The notes beneath the pieces are model-generated. The model ran no database searches. It saw only the letters and a list, made by a program, of their open reading frames with translations, and was not told the DNA's origin. This document shows positions 20,687-30,453 of a DNA stretch of 64,000 bases, in pieces. The first letter of the stretch is position 1. Every line of letters starts with the position of its first letter. The DNA is from Anaeromyxobacteraceae bacterium. GTDB lineage: Bacteria; Myxococcota; Myxococcia; Myxococcales; Anaeromyxobacteraceae. Where the stretch lies: NCBI GenBank assembly GCA_047602405.1, contig JASGHJ010000001.1, positions 256,001 through 320,000 of the forward strand. The letters run 5' to 3'. The translations under genes and the position numbers were made by a program.

Positions 20687-22013
20687 CTACTGCGTGATCG
20701 GCGCCTTCGCGCCGACCGCGAGCTGCACCTTCAGCGCCGCGATGCGCGCCGAGAGCTCGTCCGCCTGGGCGCCGAACTCCGCGGTGCGCAGCTGGGCCGT
20801 CGCGTCCGCCTGCTCGACCGCGGTCGCCGCGCCGGCCTTGTAGCTCACGTCCACGAGCCGCTGGTTCTCGGCGGCGAGGTCGCGCTGCTCCTTCGACTTC
20901 GCCGCGTTGGCGCGGGCGGAGTCGAGGTCGAGGAGCGACTGGCGCACGTCGTCCCGCACCTGGTTCTCGGCCTTCTTGAGCCGCGCCTCGGCCTCGTCGA
21001 GCTTGGCGCCGTTCTGGCGGATCTTCGACTCGCGCAGCCCGCCGTCGAGGAGGTTCCACGACGCCGAGAGCCCGATGAGCCAGGTCTCGGCGCCGCCGGC
21101 GAGCCCGGCGCTGTTCGCCCAGCTGTGCTGGCCGAAGGCCGCCACCGTGGGGAGGTACTCGGCCCACGCGGCGTTCCGGGAGGCGCGGTTGGCGTCCACC
21201 GTGGCGCGGGCCGCCGCCACCTCGGGGCGCTCGGCGAGCGCGCGGGTCTCGAGCGCGCCGGCGTCGCCCGGGACCGTGGGCTCCGGCGGCTCGACGAATC
21301 TCGAAGTCCACCGGCCGGTCGAGCAGCGAGGCGAGCGTGATGCGCATCGACTCGTGGCTGTTGCGGGCGCGCTTCAGGTCCTGCTCGGCCCGGGCGCGGT
21401 CGATCTCCGCCCGGAGCAGGCCGACCTTCGCGATCGTGCCGGCGTCGAAGCGGACCTTCGCATCCTTCTCCTGGCGCTGGGCGATCTCGAGGAGCCGCTC
21501 GGTGGCGGAGACCGCCCTCGCCGTCGCCGCGACGCCGTAGTAGGCCTGCGCCACGCCGAAGCGGATGGCGCGCCTCGCGCCCTCGAGCTGGGCGACGGCG
21601 GAGTCCTCCGCGCGGTGGGCGGAACGGATCGAGAACCAGAGCGAGGGCGCGAAGAGCACCTGGCTCGCCTCGATCTTCGCCTGCTGCGCGTGCAGCGGGA
21701 CGATCGGGATGTAGTCCGGGCCGAACACGCCGCCCGGGATGAACGAGGCCTTGTTGTTGCGCACCGCCTGGGCGGACGCCTTGACCTGCGGCAGCTGGTA
21801 CGACCACGCCTGCGCCGAGATCTCGTCGGCCTGGTCGAGCGCCGCCATGGCCGCCTTCATGTCGAGGTTGCGCCTCTCGGCCGCGTCGAGCGCCTCGGCG
21901 AGGGTCAGCTTCACCGTCGAGGCCGCCGCGGGCGTCGCCGGCTGCGTCGCCGGCTGGGCCGGGGGGGTCTGGGCCAGCGCGAGCGCGAGGGCCACCGTCG
22001 AAACCATGCTCAT
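20687..22013 (-). CDS. TolC family outer-membrane efflux protein; +1 frameshift at ~21298 (probable sequencing error)
   Basis: Signal peptide, LTLAEALDAA, two OEP-like halves (LPQVKAS; YLPTVAAF) split across frames. Confidence 0.85.
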
Positions 22014-22555
22014 GTCTCCTCCGTCTCCTTCCGGCGCCCGGCCCCCGACCTCGGAGGCGGGTGGGCGCCCGCGGCGTCCTCGACGCCGAGCTTCTGGATG
22101 ATCCGCTCCACGATGCGGAGCAGGGCCTTGCGATCGGTCGCGTCGAGGAGCGCCAGGAAGCGCTGGACGCTGCCGTGGATCTCCCCGTCGATGCGGCGGT
22201 AGACCTCCTCGCCGCGCGGCGTGAGCCGCGTCCGGACCACCCGGCGGTCGGCCGTGTCGCGCTCGCGGGCGAGGTGCCCGTCGCGCTCGAGGCGGTCCAC
22301 GATGCCGGTCACGGTCTTCTCGGTGACCGACACCCGGCGGGCGAGCTCGCCCATGGTGAGCGGGCCGTCCTCGCCCAGCCAGAGGAGGGCGTGGATCTGG
22401 GGCGGGGTGAGGGCGAGGTGCTCGCAGGTCGCCGCGAGCGGGTCCCGCAGCGGGCGCAGCCGCGCCAGCGCGAGGATGCGCTCCTCGAGCCGGTCGGCGT
22501 CCCGCCGCAGCGTCCCGGCGCGGGCCGAGTGCCCCTGGTCCCCGATATTCCGCAT
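22010..22555 (-). CDS. MarR family transcriptional regulator
   Basis: LTMGELAR...TVTGIVDRLERDG...DRRVVRTRLTPRG. Confidence 0.9.
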   Translation of the reverse strand: MRNIGDQGHSARAGTLRRDADRLEERILALARLRPLRDPLAATCEHLALTPPQIHALLWLGEDGPLTMGELARRVSVTEKTVTGIVDRLERDGHLARERDTADRRVVRTRLTPRGEEVYRRIDGEIHGSVQRFLALLDATDRKALLRIVERIIQKLGVEDAAGAHPPPRSGAGRRKETEET

Positions 22556-22615
22556 CGCGGACTTTCTCTAGGGCAGACCGCCGGCGCGGTCAAGCGGATC
22601 CGGAGGGGTACCCTT

Positions 22616-25600
22616 TTACCTCCCCGCCCCTCCCAGGTCCTCGATCTCCGTCTCGATGTCCTTCTTCTCGTCGGCGTCGGGCTTGAGCTCGAGGAACTTC
22701 TTGAACTCCGCGACCGCCTTCTGCTTCAGGCCGCGCTCCTTGTACGCGAACCCCAGGTAGTAGTGGGGCATGGCGTTCGCCTTGTCGGCCTCGGCGGCCT
22801 TCTCGTAGAAGGGGAACGCCGCCCGCGCGCCCTGCGCCTCGTGGACGGCCCGGGCGAGCTTGTAGTGCACCGCCACCTCGGCGGGGTCCTGCTTGAGGAC
22901 CTCGCGGTACACCTTGAGCGCGTCGTCGTACTTCTTCATGCGGACCTTGCAGTCGGCGAGGCCGAGGCGGTAGCGGGAGACCTTCGGCGCGGCGACCACC
23001 GCCTTCTCGAAGACCGGCACGGCGAGGTCGCAGCGGCTGTTGCCCGCGTAGAGCAGGGCGAGGTGCTCGTGTGCGTCGGGCCGTCCGGGGGCGGCCGCGG
23101 CCGCGGCCTTGTAGGACTCGACCGCCTCCTCGAGCGCTCCGGACCGCTCGAGCCCGATGCCGAGCCAGAGCTGGTTGTCCGCCTCCTTCGGCGCGAGCTC
23201 CACCGCGCGGCGGAGCTGCGGGAGCGCGGTCGCGAGCTCGCCCCGGGCGAGCAGCGCGCGGCCGAGCCAGCGGTGCGCGTCGGCGAGGGTGGGCTCCTCG
23301 TTCGAGGCGGAGGTCAGCTGCCGCACCGCCCCGTCCGCGTCTCCCCGCTCGAGCTTCACCGCGCCGAGGCCGAGCAGCGCCTGCGCGCTGCGCGGCATGA
23401 GCTCGACGGCCTTCGCGAACGACGCCTCGGCGGGCTCGAGCTCGCCGCGCGCCCAGAGCAGCTTGCCCCGCAGGGTGTGGGCGTCGGCGTTGCGGGCGTC
23501 GATCGCGAGCGCGCGCTCGAGCCCGGCGGCGGCCGCGGCGGTGTCGCCGCGGGCGGCGGCGATGCGCGCGAGGCCGACCTCGGCGGGCGCGCTGTCCGGG
23601 TCGAGCTCGAGCGCGGTCCGGTACGCCGCCTCGGCCTTCGCCGCGTCACCGCTCGCGAGCGCGAGGTCGCCCGCGGCGACCTGCACGGCCGGGACCTTCG
23701 GTCCCTTCTCCAGGGCGGCGGCCACCTCCGCCGCGGCCTTCGTGAGGTCCCTCCTCGAGAGCGCCAGCCGCGCGAGGGCGAGGCGGGGCTCGTGGGAGGT
23801 GGGCGCGCGCGCGGCGGCGTCCTGGTACAGGGTCGCCGCCTCGTCGAGCCGGGACGCGGCCTCGAGCGCGGAGGCCTTCGCGAGGAGGACCCGCGGCTCG
23901 CCGGGCGTCGCGGAGAGCGCGGCGTCGGCGAGCGAGGTCGCGTCGAGCGCCCGGCCGGCGGCCGCGAGCGCCCGCACGCGCAGCGCGGCCACCTGCGGGT
24001 CGGAGGCGGCGCTCGCCGCGAGCGGGTCGAGCGCGGTCACGGCCTTCACCGCGTCGCCGCGCCGGATGCGGAAGGCGGCGAGCGCGAGCCGGGCCTCGGC
24101 CGCGCGGGGATCCACGTCGAGGGCCTTCGACCACGCCGCGTCGGCCTCGGCCGCGGTGGCGGCCTTCCGGGAGAGCAGCGCCGCCCGGAGCGAGAGCGCC
24201 CGGGCCTGCTCGAGGGGCGCAAGCTTGTCGGCGCTCCGGTCGAGCAAGGTGGCGAGGAGCGGCTCCGCCTTCGCGGCGTCGCCCGCCGCCACCTCGAGCG
24301 CGGCGAGCTCGAGGGTGGTGGCGAGGTCGCCGGCGTCCCGCCCGAGCGCCTTCTGGAAGGCCGCGCGGGCGGCGGCGACGTCGCCCTTCCGGGCCGCGGC
24401 GACGCCGACGCCGGTGGGGCCGCGGGTGCCCTTCGGCTCCGCGGCGTCGAGCCGGCCGTACACGGTCGCGGCGCGGGCGGAGTCGCCGCGGGCGAGCGCG
24501 GCGCGGCCGAGCAGGGCGAGCACCTCGGTGTCGGGGGCGCGCTTCGCCCAGGCCTGCTCGACCTCGGCGTCGCGCTCCGGCCCGGACTTGCCGTCGAGCA
24601 GCGCCACCCCGAGGCGGGCGACGGCCGTCTCCGGCTCGCCCTTCGCCTCGGCCTCGAGCTTCGCGGCCGCCTTCCGGGCGAGCTCGAGGGCGGGGCCCGG
24701 CGCGCCGTGGACCGCGTCGAGCGCCTGGACCGCCATCACCTGGAGCGCGAGCGCCGGGCGCGAGCGCGGCGCGGCGTCCACCGCCTGCCGGGCGAGCTCG
24801 GCGGCGGCCTTCGCGTTCGTGAAGTCGTTCTCGGCGAGCGCGGCGCGCGCGCGGGCCGCGAAGTTGGCCGACTCCTTCGGATCGCCACCGCGCAGGAGCC
24901 CGGTGAAGAAGTAGCCGTACGGCGTGAAGAGGCCGGCCGCGACGCCTCCGCCGACCACGAGGACGAGGGCCGCCGCGATCGAGCCGCCGACCAGGAGCTG
25001 CTTCCTCGACGGGCGGAGCCGGCTGCCCTCGGCGCCGGTGGACTCGGTCACCCGCTCGGCCGCCGCCATGCGGTCGCCGAACACGGCCACGGCCTTCTTG
25101 CCGGTCACCGGCGGCGGGGTGCCGCCGGTCACCTTCCGCATCGTGTCCGAGAACGCCTCGACCTGGCCGATGGGCTTCCAGCCCTCCGAGCCGACCTCGG
25201 CGACGTCCTCGTTGCCGAGGAGCTCGCCCTTCTCGAGCATCTCGGTGATCTGCGGCACCTCGAACGGGCCGAAGATGCGGCCCGAGCGGCGGCGCACGCG
25301 CCAGCCGGAGAGCTTCTTCGCGGGCGCGTCGCCGAACAGGTTCTCGAGCTCCTCGCCGTCCGCGGGCGCGCCGGCCGCCGGTATCGGAGGCGGCGGCGGG
25401 GCGGAGGTCGCGATGGCCGCGAACGGATCCTCCTCGGGCGGCGCGGGCGGCGGCGGCGGCGGCGCAGGCGGGGCGGCCGGGAGGTCGTCGTCGAAGGAGA
25501 TCTCGCCGAAGCCGAGCGGCGTCGGGGAGGCCGGCGGCGGCGCGGCCGGCACCGGCGGGGGCGCCGCCGCGAACGGGGACGGGTCGGGCGGCGCCTCGAA

Positions 25601-26059
25601 CGAGGCCGGGTCGCTCGCGGCCGGGTGGTCCTCGAAGCCCTGCGGCGGGGCGTCGAACGGGCTCGGGGCCGGCGCGGCGCCCGGATCCCCGAAGGGCGAC
25701 TCCTCGGCCGCCGGCGCGTAGCCGGCGTCGCCGAACGGCGAGTCGGCCTCCGGCGGGACGACCGGCGCGGGCAGCGGCACGCCGGCGGTCGGCAGCGGGG
25801 GCGGAGGAGGTGGTGCGGCGTACGCGGGCGCCGGCGCGGGCGGCGCGAGGGGCGGCGGCGGGAGCGGAACGCCGCCGGTCGCGTTCGGGCGCGGCATCGA
25901 GCCGGGCAGCGGGACGGCGCCGGCCGGCGCGGCCGGCTCGCCCGGCCGGACCGGGAACGTCTGCTGGCACTTCGGGCAGCGGACGGTCAGGCCCGTCGGC
26001 GGGACCTTCCTGTCGTCGACGTTGTACGCAGCTGTGCAGTGCGGGCAGACCACCCTCAT
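22616..26059 (-). CDS. Zinc-ribbon / Pro-rich / GYF-like / TM / TPR-repeat protein
   Basis: CPHC...VRCPKC N-terminus; WRVRRRSGRIFGPF segment; TM helix; long Ala-rich TPR array; ATG overlaps upstream stop (ATGA). Confidence 0.82.
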   Translation of the reverse strand: MRVVCPHCTAAYNVDDRKVPPTGLTVRCPKCQQTFPVRPGEPAAPAGAVPLPGSMPRPNATGGVPLPPPPLAPPAPAPAYAAPPPPPPLPTAGVPLPAPVVPPEADSPFGDAGYAPAAEESPFGDPGAAPAPSPFDAPPQGFEDHPAASDPASFEAPPDPSPFAAAPPPVPAAPPPASPTPLGFGEISFDDDLPAAPPAPPPPPPAPPEEDPFAAIATSAPPPPPIPAAGAPADGEELENLFGDAPAKKLSGWRVRRRSGRIFGPFEVPQITEMLEKGELLGNEDVAEVGSEGWKPIGQVEAFSDTMRKVTGGTPPPVTGKKAVAVFGDRMAAAERVTESTGAEGSRLRPSRKQLLVGGSIAAALVLVVGGGVAAGLFTPYGYFFTGLLRGGDPKESANFAARARAALAENDFTNAKAAAELARQAVDAAPRSRPALALQVMAVQALDAVHGAPGPALELARKAAAKLEAEAKGEPETAVARLGVALLDGKSGPERDAEVEQAWAKRAPDTEVLALLGRAALARGDSARAATVYGRLDAAEPKGTRGPTGVGVAAARKGDVAAARAAFQKALGRDAGDLATTLELAALEVAAGDAAKAEPLLATLLDRSADKLAPLEQARALSLRAALLSRKAATAAEADAAWSKALDVDPRAAEARLALAAFRIRRGDAVKAVTALDPLAASAASDPQVAALRVRALAAAGRALDATSLADAALSATPGEPRVLLAKASALEAASRLDEAATLYQDAAARAPTSHEPRLALARLALSRRDLTKAAAEVAAALEKGPKVPAVQVAAGDLALASGDAAKAEAAYRTALELDPDSAPAEVGLARIAAARGDTAAAAAGLERALAIDARNADAHTLRGKLLWARGELEPAEASFAKAVELMPRSAQALLGLGAVKLERGDADGAVRQLTSASNEEPTLADAHRWLGRALLARGELATALPQLRRAVELAPKEADNQLWLGIGLERSGALEEAVESYKAAAAAAPGRPDAHEHLALLYAGNSRCDLAVPVFEKAVVAAPKVSRYRLGLADCKVRMKKYDDALKVYREVLKQDPAEVAVHYKLARAVHEAQGARAAFPFYEKAAEADKANAMPHYYLGFAYKERGLKQKAVAEFKKFLELKPDADEKKDIETEIEDLGGAGR

Positions 26060-26880
26060 GATGCCTTCCTTCCGCCGTCGTCGGCGCCGAACCGCCTGCG
26101 CAGAGCCTGGTACTCGTCCCACTCCGGCGCGTCGAACCCGCGCTCGGAGCCCTCCGCCCCGAGCCGCACGCCGAGCAGCTCCGGCGCGAACGTCGCGCCC
26201 TCCTCGCCGAGCGCCGCGACCTCGTCGAGCGCACCGGCCGAGAGCGCCTCGAAGCGCGCGCGGAGCTCGGTGTACCGGAGGTACGCCTCCACCACCTCGG
26301 GCGGCGCGAGCTCCGCCCGGTCGCCGACCTCGCGCACGAGCCGGGCCGCGCGCAGCCGCCGCCACACCTCGGTCGAGTCCATCGCGGGCGTCGTCGCGAC
26401 CCGCGCTGGCCCGACGTCCTCGGGGATCGGCCGGAAGCCGTCGTCGCCGGGCGGGCCGCACAGCGCCTTCAGCGCCTCGACCGCGCGGCCCATCGCGTCC
26501 GCCGAGAGGAAGTTGCGGATCTGCCGGTTCGCCTCGCGCAGGCGCGCCGAGAGGCGGCGCAGCAGGCGCAGGGCGACCTCGCCGTTGCCCTTCACGAGGT
26601 CGGCGAACGCCGCCTGGTCGATCTCGAGGATCCGGGCGTCCCGCTCGACGACCGCGCTCGCGGAGCGGGGCTGCCCCTCGAGGAGCGCCATCTCGCCGAA
26701 CGCCTCGCCGGGGCCGAGCACCGCCAGGGTCACCCGGCCGGCGCCCGCCTGCTTCTCGATGCGGACCTCGCCCGCCTGGATGACGTACATCCGGCTGCCG
26801 GGGTCGCCCTCCTCGAAGAGGACGGAACCCGCCGGGAAGTCGCGCCCGTAGATGTCGGCGGCGGTGCGGTCCGAGGACAT
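26056..26880 (-). CDS. Cyclic nucleotide-binding (Crp/Fnr-like) protein
   Basis: LFEEGDPG, MYVIQAGEV, FGEMALLEGQPRSASA. Confidence 0.85.
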   Translation of the reverse strand: MSSDRTAADIYGRDFPAGSVLFEEGDPGSRMYVIQAGEVRIEKQAGAGRVTLAVLGPGEAFGEMALLEGQPRSASAVVERDARILEIDQAAFADLVKGNGEVALRLLRRLSARLREANRQIRNFLSADAMGRAVEALKALCGPPGDDGFRPIPEDVGPARVATTPAMDSTEVWRRLRAARLVREVGDRAELAPPEVVEAYLRYTELRARFEALSAGALDEVAALGEEGATFAPELLGVRLGAEGSERGFDAPEWDEYQALRRRFGADDGGRKAS

Positions 26881-26984
26881 GGGGCGGCCGGCCCAAGGGA
26901 AGCCGGGCCCAGGGGCGGGTGCAGCGAAAGTACCACCCGCCCAGCGGCCCATTCAAGAAAGGGGCCCCGTGCTAAACCTCCCAC

Positions 26985-27839
26985 ATGTCCGAGCTGTCGG
27001 ACCTGGTGCGCGAGCGGCTCAAGTCCTGGACCTTCTCCCTGGGTGGACCGGGGACGAGGGCCCGCCTCGACAAGATCACGCCCCCCGCGAACGAGTTCGG
27101 GGTCGACCCCTACGGCTTCGACCTCGAGTACGCGGTGGCCGCGGTCGCGCCGTTCCTCTGGCTCTACCGCAAGTACTTCCGCGTCCAGCTCGACGGGCTC
27201 GAGCACGTGCCGGGCGAGGGGCGCGTCGTGCTCGTCGCGAACCACTCCGGCCAGCTGCCGTTCGACGCGGCCATGATCGCGGTGGCGCTCCTCGTGGAGA
27301 AGGACCCGCCGCGCGTCGTGCGGGCGCTCGTCGAGCGCTGGGTGCCCACCCTCCCCTTCGTGTCGACCTTCATGGCCCGCATCGGCCAGATCGTCGGCAC
27401 GCCCGAGAACTGCCGGCGGCTGCTCGCCGCCGACGAGGCCATCCTCGTCTTCCCGGAGGGCGTGCGCGGCCTCAACAAGCCCTTCAGCGAGCGCTACCGG
27501 CTGCAGGGCTTCGGGGCCGGCTTCATGCGGCTCGCGCTCGAGTCGAACGCGCCGGTGCTGCCGGTCGCGGTGGTGGGCGCCGAGGAGCAGTCGCCGAACC
27601 TCCTCGACCTGAAGCCCCTCGCCAGGGTGCTCGGGATGCCCGCCTTCCCGCTCACCCCGACCGTCCTCCCGCTGCCCTTGCCGACGCGCTACCGCATCAT
27701 CTTCGGCGAGCCGCGCCGCTTCACCGGCTCGCCCGACGACGACGACGCCGTGATCGAGCGGAAGGTCCGCGAGGTGGAGCGCGACGTGAAGGCGCTCATC
27801 GATCGCGGCCTCGCCGAGCGGACGAGCATCTTCTTCTGA
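26985..27839 (+). CDS. Lysophospholipid/glycerol acyltransferase (PlsC-like)
   Basis: NHSGQLPFD (HX4-5D) and VFPEG motifs. Confidence 0.88.
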   Translation: MSELSDLVRERLKSWTFSLGGPGTRARLDKITPPANEFGVDPYGFDLEYAVAAVAPFLWLYRKYFRVQLDGLEHVPGEGRVVLVANHSGQLPFDAAMIAVALLVEKDPPRVVRALVERWVPTLPFVSTFMARIGQIVGTPENCRRLLAADEAILVFPEGVRGLNKPFSERYRLQGFGAGFMRLALESNAPVLPVAVVGAEEQSPNLLDLKPLARVLGMPAFPLTPTVLPLPLPTRYRIIFGEPRRFTGSPDDDDAVIERKVREVERDVKALIDRGLAERTSIFF

Positions 27840-27857
27840 GAGGCCTCGAGAGCGCCC

Positions 27858-28808
27858 GTGCCCGTCCCGCCGCCCATCACCTTCCCCGGCCTGCCGCGGA
27901 CCGTCCTCGTGACGGGCATCGCCGGCAACCTCGGGCGCACGCTCGCGAAGCTGCTCCACACCGAGACGCAGGTGGTCGGCATCGACCGCCGCCCGTTCGC
28001 GGGGAAGCCCAAGGACATCGCCCACTACGAGGTGGACATCCGCAAGGCGCGCGCCGAGGAGGCGTTCCGCCGCCACCCGATCGAGGCGGTCATCCACATG
28101 GCGATCGCGCACGACCCGCGGATGCCGCGGGCCGAGGCGCACTCCTTCAACGTGATCGGCACGCACAAGATCCTCGACCTCTGCGTCCGCCACGGCGTGA
28201 AGAAGGTGGTGGTGCTCTCCTCCTCGAGCGTCTACGGCCCGCGCCCGGACAACTCGAACTTCCTCCCCGAGGAGACGCCGCTCATGGCGGCCGAGCGCTT
28301 CAACGACATGTCCGACCTCATCGAGCTCGACATGTACGCGCAGTCCTTCATGTGGAAGCACCCGGAGATCGAGACGGTCATCGTACGGCCCGTGAACATC
28401 GTGGGGCCGACCGTGAAGAACGCCCCGTCCGGCTACCTCCGGATGCAGCGGCCGGTCACGGTGATGGGCTTCGACCCCATGGTGCAGCTCATCCACGAGG
28501 AGGACGCCTGCCGCGCGATGGTGCTCGCGCTCAGGCCCGGGCTGCGCGGCGTCTTCAACGTGACGGGCCCCGGGCAGGTGCCCCTCTCGACGATCATGAG
28601 GGAGCTCGGGCGGACGACGATCCCCATCCCCCATCCGGTCATCCGGGGGGTCGCGAAGCGCCTCTTCGACGCGCGCATGTCCTCGTTTCCACCCGAGGAA
28701 GTCGACCACATCCAGTACCTGTGCGTCGTGGACGGGTCCCGGTTCGTCCGCGAGGCGGGCTGGTCCCCGCTGTACTCGCTGCGGGACACGATCCAGAGCG
28801 TGTGCTGA
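27858..28808 (+). CDS. NAD-dependent epimerase/dehydratase (extended SDR)
   Basis: VLVTGIAGNLG, FNVIGT, SSSSVYG. Confidence 0.85.
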   Translation: MPVPPPITFPGLPRTVLVTGIAGNLGRTLAKLLHTETQVVGIDRRPFAGKPKDIAHYEVDIRKARAEEAFRRHPIEAVIHMAIAHDPRMPRAEAHSFNVIGTHKILDLCVRHGVKKVVVLSSSSVYGPRPDNSNFLPEETPLMAAERFNDMSDLIELDMYAQSFMWKHPEIETVIVRPVNIVGPTVKNAPSGYLRMQRPVTVMGFDPMVQLIHEEDACRAMVLALRPGLRGVFNVTGPGQVPLSTIMRELGRTTIPIPHPVIRGVAKRLFDARMSSFPPEEVDHIQYLCVVDGSRFVREAGWSPLYSLRDTIQSVC

Positions 28809-28836
28809 GCCCGACCGCCCCGGTTAGACTCCTGGC

Positions 28837-29430
28837 ATGGCCTCCCCCCTCCGCGCCGCCGTCCTCCAAGCCTCGGCCCTCGCCGCCCTCGTCGTCGCGC
28901 TGCCCTCCGCCGCGCAGACCGCGACCGACTCGAACTTCCAGGCCACCGGGGAGGTCCGCTTCCGGGTCCAGGGCGGCATGTCGACGAGCGCCTCCTACAA
29001 CGCCGCCCGGGTGGTGGGCCCGGCGGTCAACGTCTCGCGCCGCGACGACGGCACGTGGGCGGGCGACCTCCTCGCCGGCAACCTCGACCTCCACTCGGTC
29101 GAGGGCAAGGACAAGGACCTGAAGGTCGAGGGCGCGGGCTTCACGCTCGTCCAGCGGCAGGTGAAGGACGGCCACGAGCTCGAGGGGCTCTTCAACGGCG
29201 TGCGCTTCCGCGCGACCGTCGAGGCGAAGCGGGTGAAGGCCCGCTTCGGAAACTGCTCGATCGACGTGGAGAAGAAGGGCACGGTCTACCGCGGCGACGT
29301 CGGCTGCCTGCAGGAGGGCCAGCCGCTCCCGGTCACCGGTCGCGCGGTGCTCGACCTCATGGGCGACGCGCTCGAGCGAGGGCCCTTCCCCCAGCTCGGC
29401 CTCGCGCTCATGGCGGTGCTGCCGCAGTAG
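28837..29430 (+). CDS. Hypothetical exported beta-rich protein
   Basis: Signal peptide ending AAQ; genome-typical codon usage. Confidence 0.65.
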   Translation: MASPLRAAVLQASALAALVVALPSAAQTATDSNFQATGEVRFRVQGGMSTSASYNAARVVGPAVNVSRRDDGTWAGDLLAGNLDLHSVEGKDKDLKVEGAGFTLVQRQVKDGHELEGLFNGVRFRATVEAKRVKARFGNCSIDVEKKGTVYRGDVGCLQEGQPLPVTGRAVLDLMGDALERGPFPQLGLALMAVLPQ

Positions 29431-29439
29431 CCGTGTTTC

Positions 29440-29532
29440 GCGGGGGCGTAGCCCCCGCCCCGACCAGCAAAGCTGGATCGGGGCCCCACGCCGGATCGGC
29501 TCCGCTTCGCTTCGCCGGGTGACATGGGGCCC
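29440..29532. repeat. Multi-hairpin intergenic element (REP-like or small structured RNA)
   Basis: GCGGGGGC-gta-GCCCCCGC; CCCGA-CCAGC-aaa-GCTGG-a-TCGGG; GCCCCA...TGGGGC enclosing CGGC...GCCG. Confidence 0.55.
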
Positions 29533-29544
29533 GCGCCCGGGTAG

Positions 29545-30453
29545 ATGAGGCACCTCATGCCTCACCCGGACCACCTCAGCCGCGGCCTCGTCCCGCGGTC
29601 CGGCCTGCGCGCGAGCTTCGTGCGCATCTCCGACACCGCCCGCATGGCCCGCGTGCTCCACGGGCTCTACCCGGCGGCCGCGCTCGTCTTCGGCGAGGCG
29701 CTCGCCGCCGGGGCGCTCCTCGGCTCGCTCCAGAAGGACAGCGGGCGGATCAACCTGCAGCTCGAGTGCGACGGCCCGCTCGCCGGGCTGCTCGTCGACG
29801 GCGACGCCGACGGCAACGTCCGCGGCTACGTGCGCCGGCCCGAGGTGCACTTCGTGGGCGACGCCGCGGCCGGGGCCCGCGCGGCGCTCGGCCAGTCGGG
29901 CTTCCTCTCGGTCATCCGCGACCACGGCGGCGGCCACTTCTACCGGAGCTCGGTGAAGCTCGAGGCCATGGACCTCGCGGGCGACCTCCGCCGCTGGTTC
30001 GAGAGCTCCGAGCAGGTCGCCACCGCGTTCGACCTCGCCGTCGTGCCCTCGGCCGACGGCGCGGAGCCGCTCGGCGAGGTCGCGGGGCTCGTCATCCAGC
30101 GCCTGCCCGACGGCGACGACGCCGCGGTCGCGGCCGCGCGCGCCCGGCTCGCGGCGGGCGCCCTGCCCGCGGCGCTCCGCCGGGGCGCGACGGCCCACGA
30201 GATCCTGACCGAGGTGGCCGGGAACCCGTTCGAGCTCCTCGCCGACCAGGAGGTCGCGTACCGGTGCGGCTGCTCGAAGCAGCGCGCCCGCGTGGCGGTG
30301 TCGTCGCTCGGCGTGGACGGCATCGCGGACGTGCTCCTGAACGAGAAGCAGGCGGTCATCACCTGCGAGTTCTGCCGCGAGCGCTACGTCATCGACGAGG
30401 CGGAGCTCCGGGAGATCTCGGCGAAGCTCTCCGAGCAAGCGGCCGATGGCTGA
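29545..30453 (+). CDS. hslO: Hsp33 redox-regulated chaperone
   Basis: DGNVRGY, SEQVAT, QRLP and C-terminal CGC...CEFC zinc motif; true start may be 29557. Confidence 0.92.
   Translation: MRHLMPHPDHLSRGLVPRSGLRASFVRISDTARMARVLHGLYPAAALVFGEALAAGALLGSLQKDSGRINLQLECDGPLAGLLVDGDADGNVRGYVRRPEVHFVGDAAAGARAALGQSGFLSVIRDHGGGHFYRSSVKLEAMDLAGDLRRWFESSEQVATAFDLAVVPSADGAEPLGEVAGLVIQRLPDGDDAAVAAARARLAAGALPAALRRGATAHEILTEVAGNPFELLADQEVAYRCGCSKQRARVAVSSLGVDGIADVLLNEKQAVITCEFCRERYVIDEAELREISAKLSEQAADG

Noticed and set aside
22061..26851. Very long antisense or alternate-frame ORFs (also 43666-47580, 53318-58699, 55140-60689 and others)
   Set aside because: Shadow ORFs expected at this GC content; they are Arg/Gly/Pro-rich and overlap well-supported genes.
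28800..28840. Selenocysteine read-through at TGC-TGA of the epimerase
   Set aside because: The domain is complete at the stop and no clear SECIS hairpin follows; no selenoprotein was identified in the window.
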